From the NCBI GenBank assembly GCA_964351055.1, contig CAYGMX010000001.1, positions 1 through 34,481 on the forward strand: DNA of 34,481 bases, read 5' to 3'. Positions 18,879 through 27,571 of this stretch are shown piece by piece. This stretch comes from an uncultured Loktanella sp. GTDB lineage: Bacteria; Pseudomonadota; Alphaproteobacteria; Rhodobacterales; Rhodobacteraceae. Every line of letters begins with the position of its first letter. Position 1 is the stretch's first letter. Both the position numbers and the translations under genes were made by a program. Below the pieces are notes generated by a model. The model saw only the letters and a list, made by a program, of their open reading frames with translations. It ran no database searches and was not told the origin of the DNA.

Positions 18879-18918
18879 TTGACTCAACTCTGACATCGGT
18901 GTCATGACATCGGTGTCA
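18879..18918 (+). promoter_or_regulatory. Putative promoter overlapped by a tandem LacI-type operator
   Basis: TTGACT at 18879-18884; exact tandem repeat TGACATCGGTGTCA at 18891-18904 and 18905-18918, each a near-palindrome with central CG. Confidence 0.75.
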
Positions 18919-18973
18919 TTATTTGGCCAGTACGAATCGCGCGTGCAGCCAATAGGATCTGGGAGGATTTCAA

Positions 18974-20065
18974 ATGGCGACGATTTATGATGTTGCACGC
19001 GTCTCGGGGGTATCGCCAAAGACGGTGAGCCGCGTCATCAACCGTGATCCGGCCGTCAAGGCCGCGACCCGGAAATCGGTGGAACGGGCGATCGCAGAAC
19101 TGGGCTATGTGCCGTCGACGGCCGCGCGCGCCATGCGGTCAAACAAATCAGGGCTGGTTGGTCTTATCACGGGCGCAATCTCGCTGTCGCCGCACCGGAC
19201 AGAAGAGGCGGGGCTGCCCGATCTTTACATTGTTCAGGGTATCCAGAAGGCAATGGAATCCAGCGGCAAGACCTTGTTGATCGCTGACACCGGCGGTCGC
19301 ATGGAGCGGGTGCCAGAACTGATCCGCACATTCGAAGAGCACCGTGTCGAGGGGATCATCTATGCCGCAGATCACCACCGCAAGGTGTCCTTGCCTGCCA
19401 TAAGGGGCGCGACCAAGCTGGTGCTGGCCAATTGCTATGACGATCTGGGCACGGCGTCGGTCTTGCCACATGACTATCAGGGCCAGTTCAACCTTGTGAA
19501 AGCGCTGATCGCAAAAGGACATCGGGAGATTGCTTACCTCACGCTCTCAGCGCGGCTCGAGGCGACCAAGCAACGCACAAAAGGCTATCGTGACGCACTG
19601 GAACAGGCGGGACTCGTGTTCGATCCGGCGAAGTTAATCGCCGCTGACATCGAAACGGACGACAGCCCCGCCGGAGAACAATTGCTATGGGACGCGATAG
19701 ACCGTGTGCTGGCCCTGCCCACGCCGCCAACGGTTATCTGTTTTGGCAACGACCGGATGGCAATGCGCGCCTATGGCATTTTGCGTAGTCGCGGCATGTC
19801 GTTGCCGGATGATATCTCGGTGGCAGGCTATGACAATCACAGGCTGATTACACAAACCCTTTATCCGACCCTGATGTCGGCAGAACTGCCATATGCCGCT
19901 ATCGGCATCCGCGCCACTGATCTGTTGCTCGGCATGATCAATGGCACGCTCGAGCCGCCCGCGACCCCCATTCTGGTCAGCGGCCCCGTGACCGCAGGCA
20001 ATTCTGTCAGGACCCTGCCAACCCCAATCACTACGCTATCGTCAATAGGGAGGACGACCAAATGA
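18974..20065 (+). CDS. LacI-family transcriptional regulator
   Basis: ATIYDVARVSGVSPKTVSRVIN HTH, YVPSTAARAMR hinge, NDRMA and PDDISVAGYD motifs; RBS GGGAGG. Confidence 0.97.
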   Translation: MATIYDVARVSGVSPKTVSRVINRDPAVKAATRKSVERAIAELGYVPSTAARAMRSNKSGLVGLITGAISLSPHRTEEAGLPDLYIVQGIQKAMESSGKTLLIADTGGRMERVPELIRTFEEHRVEGIIYAADHHRKVSLPAIRGATKLVLANCYDDLGTASVLPHDYQGQFNLVKALIAKGHREIAYLTLSARLEATKQRTKGYRDALEQAGLVFDPAKLIAADIETDDSPAGEQLLWDAIDRVLALPTPPTVICFGNDRMAMRAYGILRSRGMSLPDDISVAGYDNHRLITQTLYPTLMSAELPYAAIGIRATDLLLGMINGTLEPPATPILVSGPVTAGNSVRTLPTPITTLSSIGRTTK

Positions 20066-21324
20066 AACTGAAGACAACACTTGCAGTCGCACTGCTGGGC
20101 TCAACCTGCTTTGCAGGGATGGCCGCTGCACAAACCGAACTGACCATGTGGTACCATGGCGGCGGCAACGAGGTAGAAAGCAATATCCTCAATACCATCG
20201 TCGCCGATTTCAATGGCGCGCAATCCGACTGGATGGTCAGCGTCGAAAGCTTTCCGCAGGGCAGCTACAACGATTCTGTTGTCGCGGGCGCGCTGGCGGG
20301 CAACCTGCCCTGCATTCTGGATGTAGACGGCCCCGTGATGCCGAACTGGGCTTGGGCGGGTTACATGCAGCCCCTGCCAATATCAGAGGATGCGCTGGCG
20401 GGCCACCTTGAGTCCACCATCGGGCGCTGGGATGGCCAGATCTATTCCGTTGGTCTCTGGGATGCGGCGGTAGCGCTTTATACGCGCCAATCCACGCTGG
20501 ATGATCTGGGTCTTCGCACGCCTTCTCTTGACGCGCCATGGACGCTTGAAGAATTTATGGGCGCCCTCGAAGCGGCCAAAGCCTCTGGCAATTACGAATT
20601 CGCCTTTGATCCTGGCATGGCCTGGACTGGTGAATGGTATCCTTATGCCTTCAGCCCCTTCTTGCAGTCCTTTGGTGGCGACATCGTGGACCGTTCGACC
20701 TACCAGACCGCCGAAGGCGCACTGAACGGCGATGCCGCACTGGCCTTTGGTGAGTGGTGGCAATCGCTCTTTACGGAAGGCTATGCGCCCGGCACCAGTC
20801 AGGACCCTGCCGATCGCGATACGGGCTTTGTCGATGGCAAATATGCCTTTTCATGGAATGGGAATTGGGCGGGCAAGGTCGCGCTGCAAAGCGGGATAGA
20901 CGATTTGCTGTTCCTGCCCGCGCCTGATTTCGGCAATGGCCCGACAATCGGTGCTGGTTCGTGGCAGTTCGGCGCGTCTGGTACCTGCGAATATCCCGAA
21001 GGTGTTGCGGCCTTCGTGGAATTCGCCTTGCAGGATAAATACCTTGCTGCGTTTTCTGATGGCATCGGCCTGATTCCGTCAACAACTGAGGCTGCAGCCA
21101 TGACGCAAGACTATAACGCAGGTGGCGCGCTGGAGGTGTTCTTTGGCCTGTCCGAAGCGCAAGCTCTCGTCCGGCCTGTGTCGCCCGGTTATGTGGTCGC
21201 AGCGAAGGTGTTTGAAAAAGCGTTGGCCGACATCGCCAATGGGGCAGACGTTGCCGATACGCTGGATGCAGCGGTTGACGAGATCAACACTGATATCGAG
21301 CGGAACGGCGGTTACGGCCACTAG
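20062..21324 (+). CDS. Sugar ABC transporter substrate-binding protein (CUT1)
   Basis: Signal peptide ending AAA-Q, ELTMWYH, LPCILDVDGP and GSWQFG motifs; ATGA overlap with LacI. Confidence 0.92.
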   Translation: MKLKTTLAVALLGSTCFAGMAAAQTELTMWYHGGGNEVESNILNTIVADFNGAQSDWMVSVESFPQGSYNDSVVAGALAGNLPCILDVDGPVMPNWAWAGYMQPLPISEDALAGHLESTIGRWDGQIYSVGLWDAAVALYTRQSTLDDLGLRTPSLDAPWTLEEFMGALEAAKASGNYEFAFDPGMAWTGEWYPYAFSPFLQSFGGDIVDRSTYQTAEGALNGDAALAFGEWWQSLFTEGYAPGTSQDPADRDTGFVDGKYAFSWNGNWAGKVALQSGIDDLLFLPAPDFGNGPTIGAGSWQFGASGTCEYPEGVAAFVEFALQDKYLAAFSDGIGLIPSTTEAAAMTQDYNAGGALEVFFGLSEAQALVRPVSPGYVVAAKVFEKALADIANGADVADTLDAAVDEINTDIERNGGYGH

Positions 21325-21335
21325 GCGATCCTCCC

Positions 21336-21366
21336 TGCCGGAGCCTTGCATCTGCGGGCTCCGGCA
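21336..21366 (+). terminator. Intercistronic stem-loop after the binding-protein gene (mRNA stabiliser or attenuator)
   Basis: Perfect 10-bp stem TGCCGGAGCC (21336-21345) / GGCTCCGGCA (21357-21366), followed by CCCTTT. Confidence 0.65.
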
Positions 21367-21389
21367 CCCTTTGGCAAAGGTTGAAACCA

Positions 21390-22457
21390 ATGGCATCGAA
21401 ACTGACGACATCCAACCGCGCGGGTTGGGCCTTTGCGCTTCCGGGGTTCGGGCTGCTTGCGCTGTTCATTGTGGTGCCCTTCTTTTTCGCCTTTTTCCTC
21501 TCGCTGACCAATCAGCGGCTGATATCTCCCAATCCCACGGAATTCGTCGGACTGGACAACTACCGCAGTCTCTTGTCGATCAGCGTTCTATCAATCGAGC
21601 CAGAACAAGATGAGGCAGGCCAGATCGTGCGCGACGCCGAAGGTAATGCCCAATACCCCCGCGTGCGCAGCTTTACCCGTAACAACCCCGACTTTCCGCA
21701 ATATGCCGGTATGCAGGAATGGTTCCGCTGGCATAGCGGCGAAACCGCCAAGGTGGTCGTTGCCACGGATGTGGTTTTCTGGAAATCCCTGCGTAACACG
21801 CTGATGTTTGTACTGGTTGTGGCCCCCGTTCAGGGTGCGCTGGCATTGGGGCTGGCGTTGCTGATCAATCAGCGCTTGCGTGGTATCAACGTCTACCGCG
21901 CCATCTATTTCATGCCGGTCGTGGTTTCGATTGTCGTGGTCTCGCTGCTGTGGCGCTTCCTTTATGCCGAGGACGGCCTGCTGAACAACATCCTGCATGC
22001 GCTCAGTTTCGGTCTGTTCGAAGGCCGTGACTGGCTGGGTGATCCTGACACCGCTCTTGGTGCGATCAAGGCCATGTCGATCTGGCAGGCGGTGGGCTTT
22101 CACATGGTCATCTGGCTGTCGGGCCTGCAAACCATCTCGCCCACGCTTTACGAGGCGTCTTCCATCGAGGGTGCCTCCAAATGGCAGACGTTTCGCTATG
22201 TCACCTGGCCTGGGCTGCGCAATACCGCTGTTCTGGTGCTGATCGTGATTACGATGCAGGCCTTTGCCCTGTTTGCGCAGATCGACGTGATGACCAACGG
22301 TGGCCCGCTCGACAGCACCACAACGGTCGTGTTTCAGGCTGTCGAACGCGGCTATGGCAAGCAGGACATCTCGGGCGGATCGACGATTTCGGTGATCCTG
22401 TTCCTGATTGTGCTGACCATCAGCCTGATCCAACGCTACCTCACACGGGAGAGATAA
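21390..22457 (+). CDS. Carbohydrate ABC transporter permease (MalF/UgpA-like)
   Basis: FVGLDNY, EAA-like LYEASSIEGASKWQTFRYVTWP and MTNGGP motifs. Confidence 0.93.
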   Translation: MASKLTTSNRAGWAFALPGFGLLALFIVVPFFFAFFLSLTNQRLISPNPTEFVGLDNYRSLLSISVLSIEPEQDEAGQIVRDAEGNAQYPRVRSFTRNNPDFPQYAGMQEWFRWHSGETAKVVVATDVVFWKSLRNTLMFVLVVAPVQGALALGLALLINQRLRGINVYRAIYFMPVVVSIVVVSLLWRFLYAEDGLLNNILHALSFGLFEGRDWLGDPDTALGAIKAMSIWQAVGFHMVIWLSGLQTISPTLYEASSIEGASKWQTFRYVTWPGLRNTAVLVLIVITMQAFALFAQIDVMTNGGPLDSTTTVVFQAVERGYGKQDISGGSTISVILFLIVLTISLIQRYLTRER

Positions 22458-22458
22458 G

Positions 22459-23337
22459 ATGGCTGCCATTTCCTCTGACAACCACGGTCTGCGCCTTGTG
22501 ACCCGCTATGTCGTTCTGACGCTGATCGCGCTGATTTTTGTCTTTCCATTGGTGTTCATGATGATGTCGAGCCTCAAGCCCGACCTTCAACTGCTGCGCG
22601 ATACATCCAGCATCCGCGCCTTCCTGCCGGTCGGCGATGTCAGCCTGAACAACTATGCGGCGGCGTTCAATCGCGCGCCTGTCGGGCTTTTTGTCTTCAA
22701 TTCGGTGCTGGTGACGGGCGTGACCGTGCTCTTGTCGCTGCTCTTGTGCTCTATGGCCGCGTTTTCCTTTGTGTTCCTGCAATGGCGGGGGCGCAACATC
22801 CTGTTGTCGATCATCATTGCAACCCTGATTGTCCCGTTCCAAACGATCGCCATTCCTCTCTTGCTGCTGGTGTCAAAGCTGCCGTGGATCGGGTTTGACG
22901 GTTTCTCTGTGGGCTGGTTGAACAGCTACCGCGTGCAGATCATCCCGTGGATTGCAGACGGCCTGACAATCTTTCTGTTCGTGCAGTTCTTCAAGGACCT
23001 GCCGCGCGACCTGATCGAAGCCTCCCGTGTCGAGGGTGCAAGCTGGTGGCAGATTTACACAAAGGTTGTGATGCCTTTGTCCGGTCCGGTAATCGCCACT
23101 GCCGCGATCCTGAAGTTTCTGGTGATGTACAACCAGTACCTCTGGCCGCTGATCGTGGTGCAGCAAGAAACCTACCGCCCGGTCATGGTCGGCCTGCAGT
23201 ACTTCTTCCAGCTCAACACGGCTTGGGGCGAAGTCATGGCCTACCTGACAATCATCACGATCCCTGTTCTGGCCTTCTATCTTGTCTTGCAACGCGCGTT
23301 CATTGCGTCGATTGCCTCAACCGGCGTGAAAGGCTGA
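22459..23337 (+). CDS. Carbohydrate ABC transporter permease (MalG/UgpE-like)
   Basis: LIEASRVEGAS EAA motif, YLWPLIV and TGVKG C-terminus. Confidence 0.93.
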   Translation: MAAISSDNHGLRLVTRYVVLTLIALIFVFPLVFMMMSSLKPDLQLLRDTSSIRAFLPVGDVSLNNYAAAFNRAPVGLFVFNSVLVTGVTVLLSLLLCSMAAFSFVFLQWRGRNILLSIIIATLIVPFQTIAIPLLLLVSKLPWIGFDGFSVGWLNSYRVQIIPWIADGLTIFLFVQFFKDLPRDLIEASRVEGASWWQIYTKVVMPLSGPVIATAAILKFLVMYNQYLWPLIVVQQETYRPVMVGLQYFFQLNTAWGEVMAYLTIITIPVLAFYLVLQRAFIASIASTGVKG

Positions 23338-23341
23338 TCCG

Positions 23342-24337
23342 ATGGTACTTGCACTGAATGATCATTTTATCTGGGACAGCTGGTATGTCCGCGAAGGCGA
23401 TATCTGGCATGGCTTCTTTCTCAAGGCACCGAAGTCTATCGGCGACCCCGAACTGCGCCATTTTAACGTAAGCTATGGGCATGCAACCAGCACGGATCTG
23501 GTCAACTGGGACCACCTTGGTACCACTTTCGCACCCGCCCCCGCGCCGGCGTGGGACGACTATACCACCTGGACAGGGTCGGTGGTGCGCGGCGATGACG
23601 GGCTTTGGCACCTTTACTACACGGGGTCTACGCACGCGGAAAACGGGCTCTATCAGCGGATCGGGCATGCCACATCTACAGATCTGCATAACTGGAACCG
23701 TGTGGGCGATGGTGGTCTGATCCTCGACCTGACCGGCCCGAATGCGGCACACTATGAGGCGGACATGGCCCATTCGCTCTGGCATGACAGGGCGATGCGT
23801 GATCCTTGGGTCATGCGCGACCCCAGTGGTAACGGCTGGCTGATGTATTTCACGGCGCGGGCCGCCGGAATTGCAGAGCCTAATGCTGGCGGCTGCATTG
23901 GCTTGGCGACATCGCCGGATGGTTACGACTGGACGCTGCAACCGCCGGTCTTTACCGGCGGCTTTGGCCAGCTTGAGGTGCCGCAGGTCTTTGAAGCCGG
24001 CGGGCAGTGGTATTGCCTGTTCTGCACAGCGGCCGAGCATTTTTCAAAGCAGCAGGCATTGGCGACGCCAGGTGGAGCGGTGACAGGCAACCACTATTTG
24101 ATCGGCGACAGCCCGCGTGGCCCATGGCGCATAGCACCGGGCTTTCTGGATGGCGACCTGCCGTGCCGCCGTTATGCCGCCCGCATTGTGGACACGTCCG
24201 AAGGGATGATGATCCTTGGCTTTGCCGATCGGCCGGACGGGGTCGATTTTGTCGGCCATGTAATGGACCCCGAACCTGTTGTGGTCACTGCCGACGGCCT
24301 TTTGAAGATTACGCAACATATCAAAGCGGCGGAGTAG
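23342..24337 (+). CDS. Clan GH-J glycoside hydrolase (GH32/GH68-like beta-fructofuranosidase), propeller domain only
   Basis: WDSW (nucleophile Asp), HATSTDLVNW Asp-boxes, WTGS, RDP and QLEVPQ (acid/base Glu); no signal peptide. Confidence 0.88.
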   Translation: MVLALNDHFIWDSWYVREGDIWHGFFLKAPKSIGDPELRHFNVSYGHATSTDLVNWDHLGTTFAPAPAPAWDDYTTWTGSVVRGDDGLWHLYYTGSTHAENGLYQRIGHATSTDLHNWNRVGDGGLILDLTGPNAAHYEADMAHSLWHDRAMRDPWVMRDPSGNGWLMYFTARAAGIAEPNAGGCIGLATSPDGYDWTLQPPVFTGGFGQLEVPQVFEAGGQWYCLFCTAAEHFSKQQALATPGGAVTGNHYLIGDSPRGPWRIAPGFLDGDLPCRRYAARIVDTSEGMMILGFADRPDGVDFVGHVMDPEPVVVTADGLLKITQHIKAAE

Positions 24338-24340
24338 ATT

Positions 24341-25411
24341 ATGGCACAAGTAAAACTCCGCGATATCCGCAAAAGCTATGGTTCGGTCGAGGTCATCAAG
24401 GGCGTCGATATCGATATCGCAGATGGTGAATTCGTGGTCTTCGTCGGTCCCTCGGGCTGCGGTAAGTCCACCCTGCTGCGCATGATTGCAGGCCTTGAGG
24501 ATATCACAGGCGGCACACTTGAAATCGACGGGGTGCGGGTGAATGATCTGGAACCGTCCAAGCGCGGCATCGCGATGGTGTTCCAGTCCTACGCGATTTT
24601 CCCACATATGACAGTGCGCGAAAACGTGGCATTCGGCCTGACGATCAACAAAGCGAGCAAGGCCGAGAAAACCAAAAAGGTCGCCGAGGCCGCCCGTATT
24701 CTGCAAATGGAGCATCTGCTTGACCGGCGCCCTTCGGAACTGTCGGGCGGACAGCGCCAGCGGGTTGCGATTGGTCGCGCCATCGTGCGCGACCCCAAAG
24801 TATTCTTGTTCGATGAACCCCTCTCTAACCTTGATGCCGCCTTGCGCATGGATATGCGGATGGAGATTGGCAAACTGCATCAGGACCTAGGTGCCTCGAT
24901 GATCTATGTGACCCATGATCAGGTCGAGGCCATGACACTGGCCGACAAGATTGTGGTGCTCAAGGACGGCAAAGTCATGCAGGCCGGTGCGCCGATGGAA
25001 CTTTATCATGAACCGGCAAACCTTTTTGTTGCCGGATTCTTGGGCGCACCTTCGATGAATTTTCTCAGTGTTACGGTCGATGCTGTCCATACAGACAAGG
25101 TCAGTGTCAGCAATGCCTCATTGGACCGGATCGACGTTCCAAGCAAAGGGCGCGCTTTCACAGTGGGACAAACCGCAACGCTTGGCATCAGGCCCCAATA
25201 CCTGCGTCCGGTCGGCGATGGCCCGGGCAAGCTGCATGGCAAGGTGGTGTTGACGGAACGGCTGGGCAGCGAAACGGTCATTGATATTGCGCTTGCCAAT
25301 GGCAGCAAGATCATCGCAGCCATTGCAGAGGATAGCGTCCAGACAACAGGCGCAATTGCCAATTTTGAATTCGATCCGGCACAAGCCCATATTTTTCCTG
25401 AAACAAGATGA
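24341..25411 (+). CDS. Sugar ABC transporter ATP-binding protein (MalK/UgpC-like)
   Basis: Walker A GPSGCGKS, LSGGQRQR, FLFDEPLSNLD, YVTHDQ and a C-terminal TOBE domain. Confidence 0.97.
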   Translation: MAQVKLRDIRKSYGSVEVIKGVDIDIADGEFVVFVGPSGCGKSTLLRMIAGLEDITGGTLEIDGVRVNDLEPSKRGIAMVFQSYAIFPHMTVRENVAFGLTINKASKAEKTKKVAEAARILQMEHLLDRRPSELSGGQRQRVAIGRAIVRDPKVFLFDEPLSNLDAALRMDMRMEIGKLHQDLGASMIYVTHDQVEAMTLADKIVVLKDGKVMQAGAPMELYHEPANLFVAGFLGAPSMNFLSVTVDAVHTDKVSVSNASLDRIDVPSKGRAFTVGQTATLGIRPQYLRPVGDGPGKLHGKVVLTERLGSETVIDIALANGSKIIAAIAEDSVQTTGAIANFEFDPAQAHIFPETR

Positions 25412-25419
25412 GCAAAGAT

Positions 25420-25460
25420 GTGAAGGGGTTTGCGCACCAGATGTTTGGTGACACCTTCAC
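25420..25460. terminator. Stem-loop between the convergent ABC operon and glucan synthase operon
   Basis: Outer stem GTGAAGG (25420-25426) / CCTTCAC (25454-25460); inner stem CACCA (25435-25439) / TGGTG (25446-25450). Confidence 0.4.
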
Positions 25461-25593
25461 CGAAGTCGCTGCATTGGCCATATGTTGGTGACGCCGGCGC
25501 GGATCTATCCCCACAGTCCGGATTTTAACGGAGTTTCGGCTCTGGTTTGATGCCGGAAAGGTGGTCAGAGCAATTTGAAATCCAGGGCAAATA

Positions 25594-27570
25594 TCAAGAA
25601 CTGAACGACAAACGGCGCGCAAGATCCTTCAACAGCGCGGTTGCATGGGCTTGCCCCACTCCCGGAGAGTCACCATCGGCATAGAATCTGAGGATCAATG
25701 CCTCGTTCTGGGCAGGGGTCGTTTGCAATCGCAGCCGCGCACCGTCCTTTGTTTTGGCAATGACGGTCACCCGCACATCGCCAACGTCTTTTAATGTGAT
25801 CGTTCCGACGGTGCCGAGCGGATGGGCAAACCCTTCAATGCGCAAGGTATCCCTTGTCAACGACCTGACCAGAACCGGCAATACAGCGTCGCTTGTAGTT
25901 AGAAAGGTTTCTTCTGGCACATCGGCAATGTGCCGTTCCCTGCGCGGCAATTCAACAAAGGCAATCAGCGTCATGACAAGCACAACGACGTTATTGAGTG
26001 TCCAGGACAACACAACAGACTTACCTTGTCCCGCGTCATTAAAAGCAAACCAGTCAGAAAACACGCCGATCAGCAGGCCGCCAATCGTCAAGAGCTACAA
26101 GATCAGGAAAGGCCGCAGCATGTCCCATTGGACGATAATCTGGCTACGATCGCCGCCTTTGGCTGTCACCTGGAAAGGGTGACCATGTGGTTGGATCAAC
26201 CCCACCATGGCCGATCGCGAGATCGGGATGGCACCGAGAATTTGGCCGACATCGTTAAGGACCGGAGTAACCATACCGCGCGCAACGGCATTCATCGACA
26301 GCAGAATCCACAAGTAATAGACGCCGAAGAAACTGATGACATCGGCCACATCTGCATTAACGACCGTAATGTTGAAATACCAATAGAGCAGCGGGTACGT
26401 CAGTGCGGCAAGCCGGAATGGAAATGTGCTCAGCCAGTACAGGACGGCATCAATCACGCTCCAGCGGTCACTCAGACGCAGGTTATTGCGGGCAAACGGC
26501 CCCACGTGGCTGCGCGCGATCTGCATCATGCCCAGACACCAGCGCGACCGTTGCGTGACGTATTCTTTCAGACCCTCGGGGGCCAGACCTTCGGTCAGTG
26601 GTTCGTTCAGATAGGCAGTTTCCCAGCCATCATTGCGCAGAACAAGCGTCATCATGAAGTCTTCCGTGATGCTCTGCGTCGGAAATCTGCCAACATCCTG
26701 CACCGCTTTCCACCGCAGCACCGACGACGTACCGCAGCAAAACGCGATGCCCCATGCATCGCGCGAGGGCTGCAAATGGTCGAAGAAAAAGCGCTGTTCA
26801 TCAGGATAGGACCGGCTAAGGCCAAGGTTATGCTGCACCGGATCGGCATTGAAAAAGTGCTGCGGCGTTTGGACAAGACCAATTCTGGGATCCTTGAACA
26901 GGGCAAGGGAGAGGCTGATAAATCCGCGATGGGGCACAAAATCGGCGTCTAGCACTGCTACAAAATCGGGCTGCACATCGTCTTGCGCCAACACGCGTAA
27001 CGCATTGTTCATGTTGCCTGCCTTGGACCCTGCGTTGTTGTCGCGGGTCACATAACGGACGCCCTGTTCTGCACAATAGGTCCGTAACCAGTCGCGCCGA
27101 CCGTCATCCAGAACCAGAATGTCGATGTTGGGATGGTTTAGCGCCTTGGCCCCGATGATCGTGCGCTCAAGAACCTCCAACTCTTCATTATAGGTCGCGA
27201 TCAGGATCGCGACGCGCGGTGGCGCAGCCTGATCCCACCACTGCGCCTGATTGGTCGCGTCATCCCCGCGATGGCGAATGCGCGACAAGATGACAAAGGA
27301 GCTCAACGAACTGACAATCGCCAGAATCTCGAACCCCAAGAGGGACCAGCTTGCCAGACAGTCCAGCGTCAGACCCATCGGTGCGATGGTTTGCGTGGCA
27401 CGCCACCAGATGTAGCGCAACGCCAGAACACCAGCGACGGCAAAAAGCGCACTGCGGTGCCAGCGGTTTTGCTTGTCGAACAAGAGCGGCAAAACAATCG
27501 CAACCCCCAGCACAAGGAGAACGCGGATCAGGCTGCTTTCCAGGTCGCTGAGATACAGGTAGTCTATCAT
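25594..27570 (-). pseudogene. GT2 membrane glucan synthase (BcsA/CrdS/BgsA-like) interrupted by an in-frame TAG at 26095-26097
   Basis: TYNE, LDDG, SKAGN, LDADF, QTPQHF, AFCCGT, TED and QRSRW motifs. ORFs 26095-27570 and 25594-26091 share one frame, separated only by TAG and one Leu codon within a transmembrane helix. Confidence 0.85.
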
Positions 27571-27571
27571 C

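Noticed and set aside
18555-18882. Short ORFs (63-88 aa) in the spacer before lacI
   Set aside because: No RBS, atypical composition, mutually overlapping and no recognisable transposase or other motif.
18891-18918. Tandem repeat as a CRISPR array or VNTR
   Set aside because: Only two 14-bp units with no spacers and no cas genes; a LacI operator explains it better.
26095-26097. Amber codon as a programmed pyrrolysine site
   Set aside because: No pyl genes are in the window, the site is in a TM helix where Leu is expected, and neighbouring genes use TAG as a normal stop.
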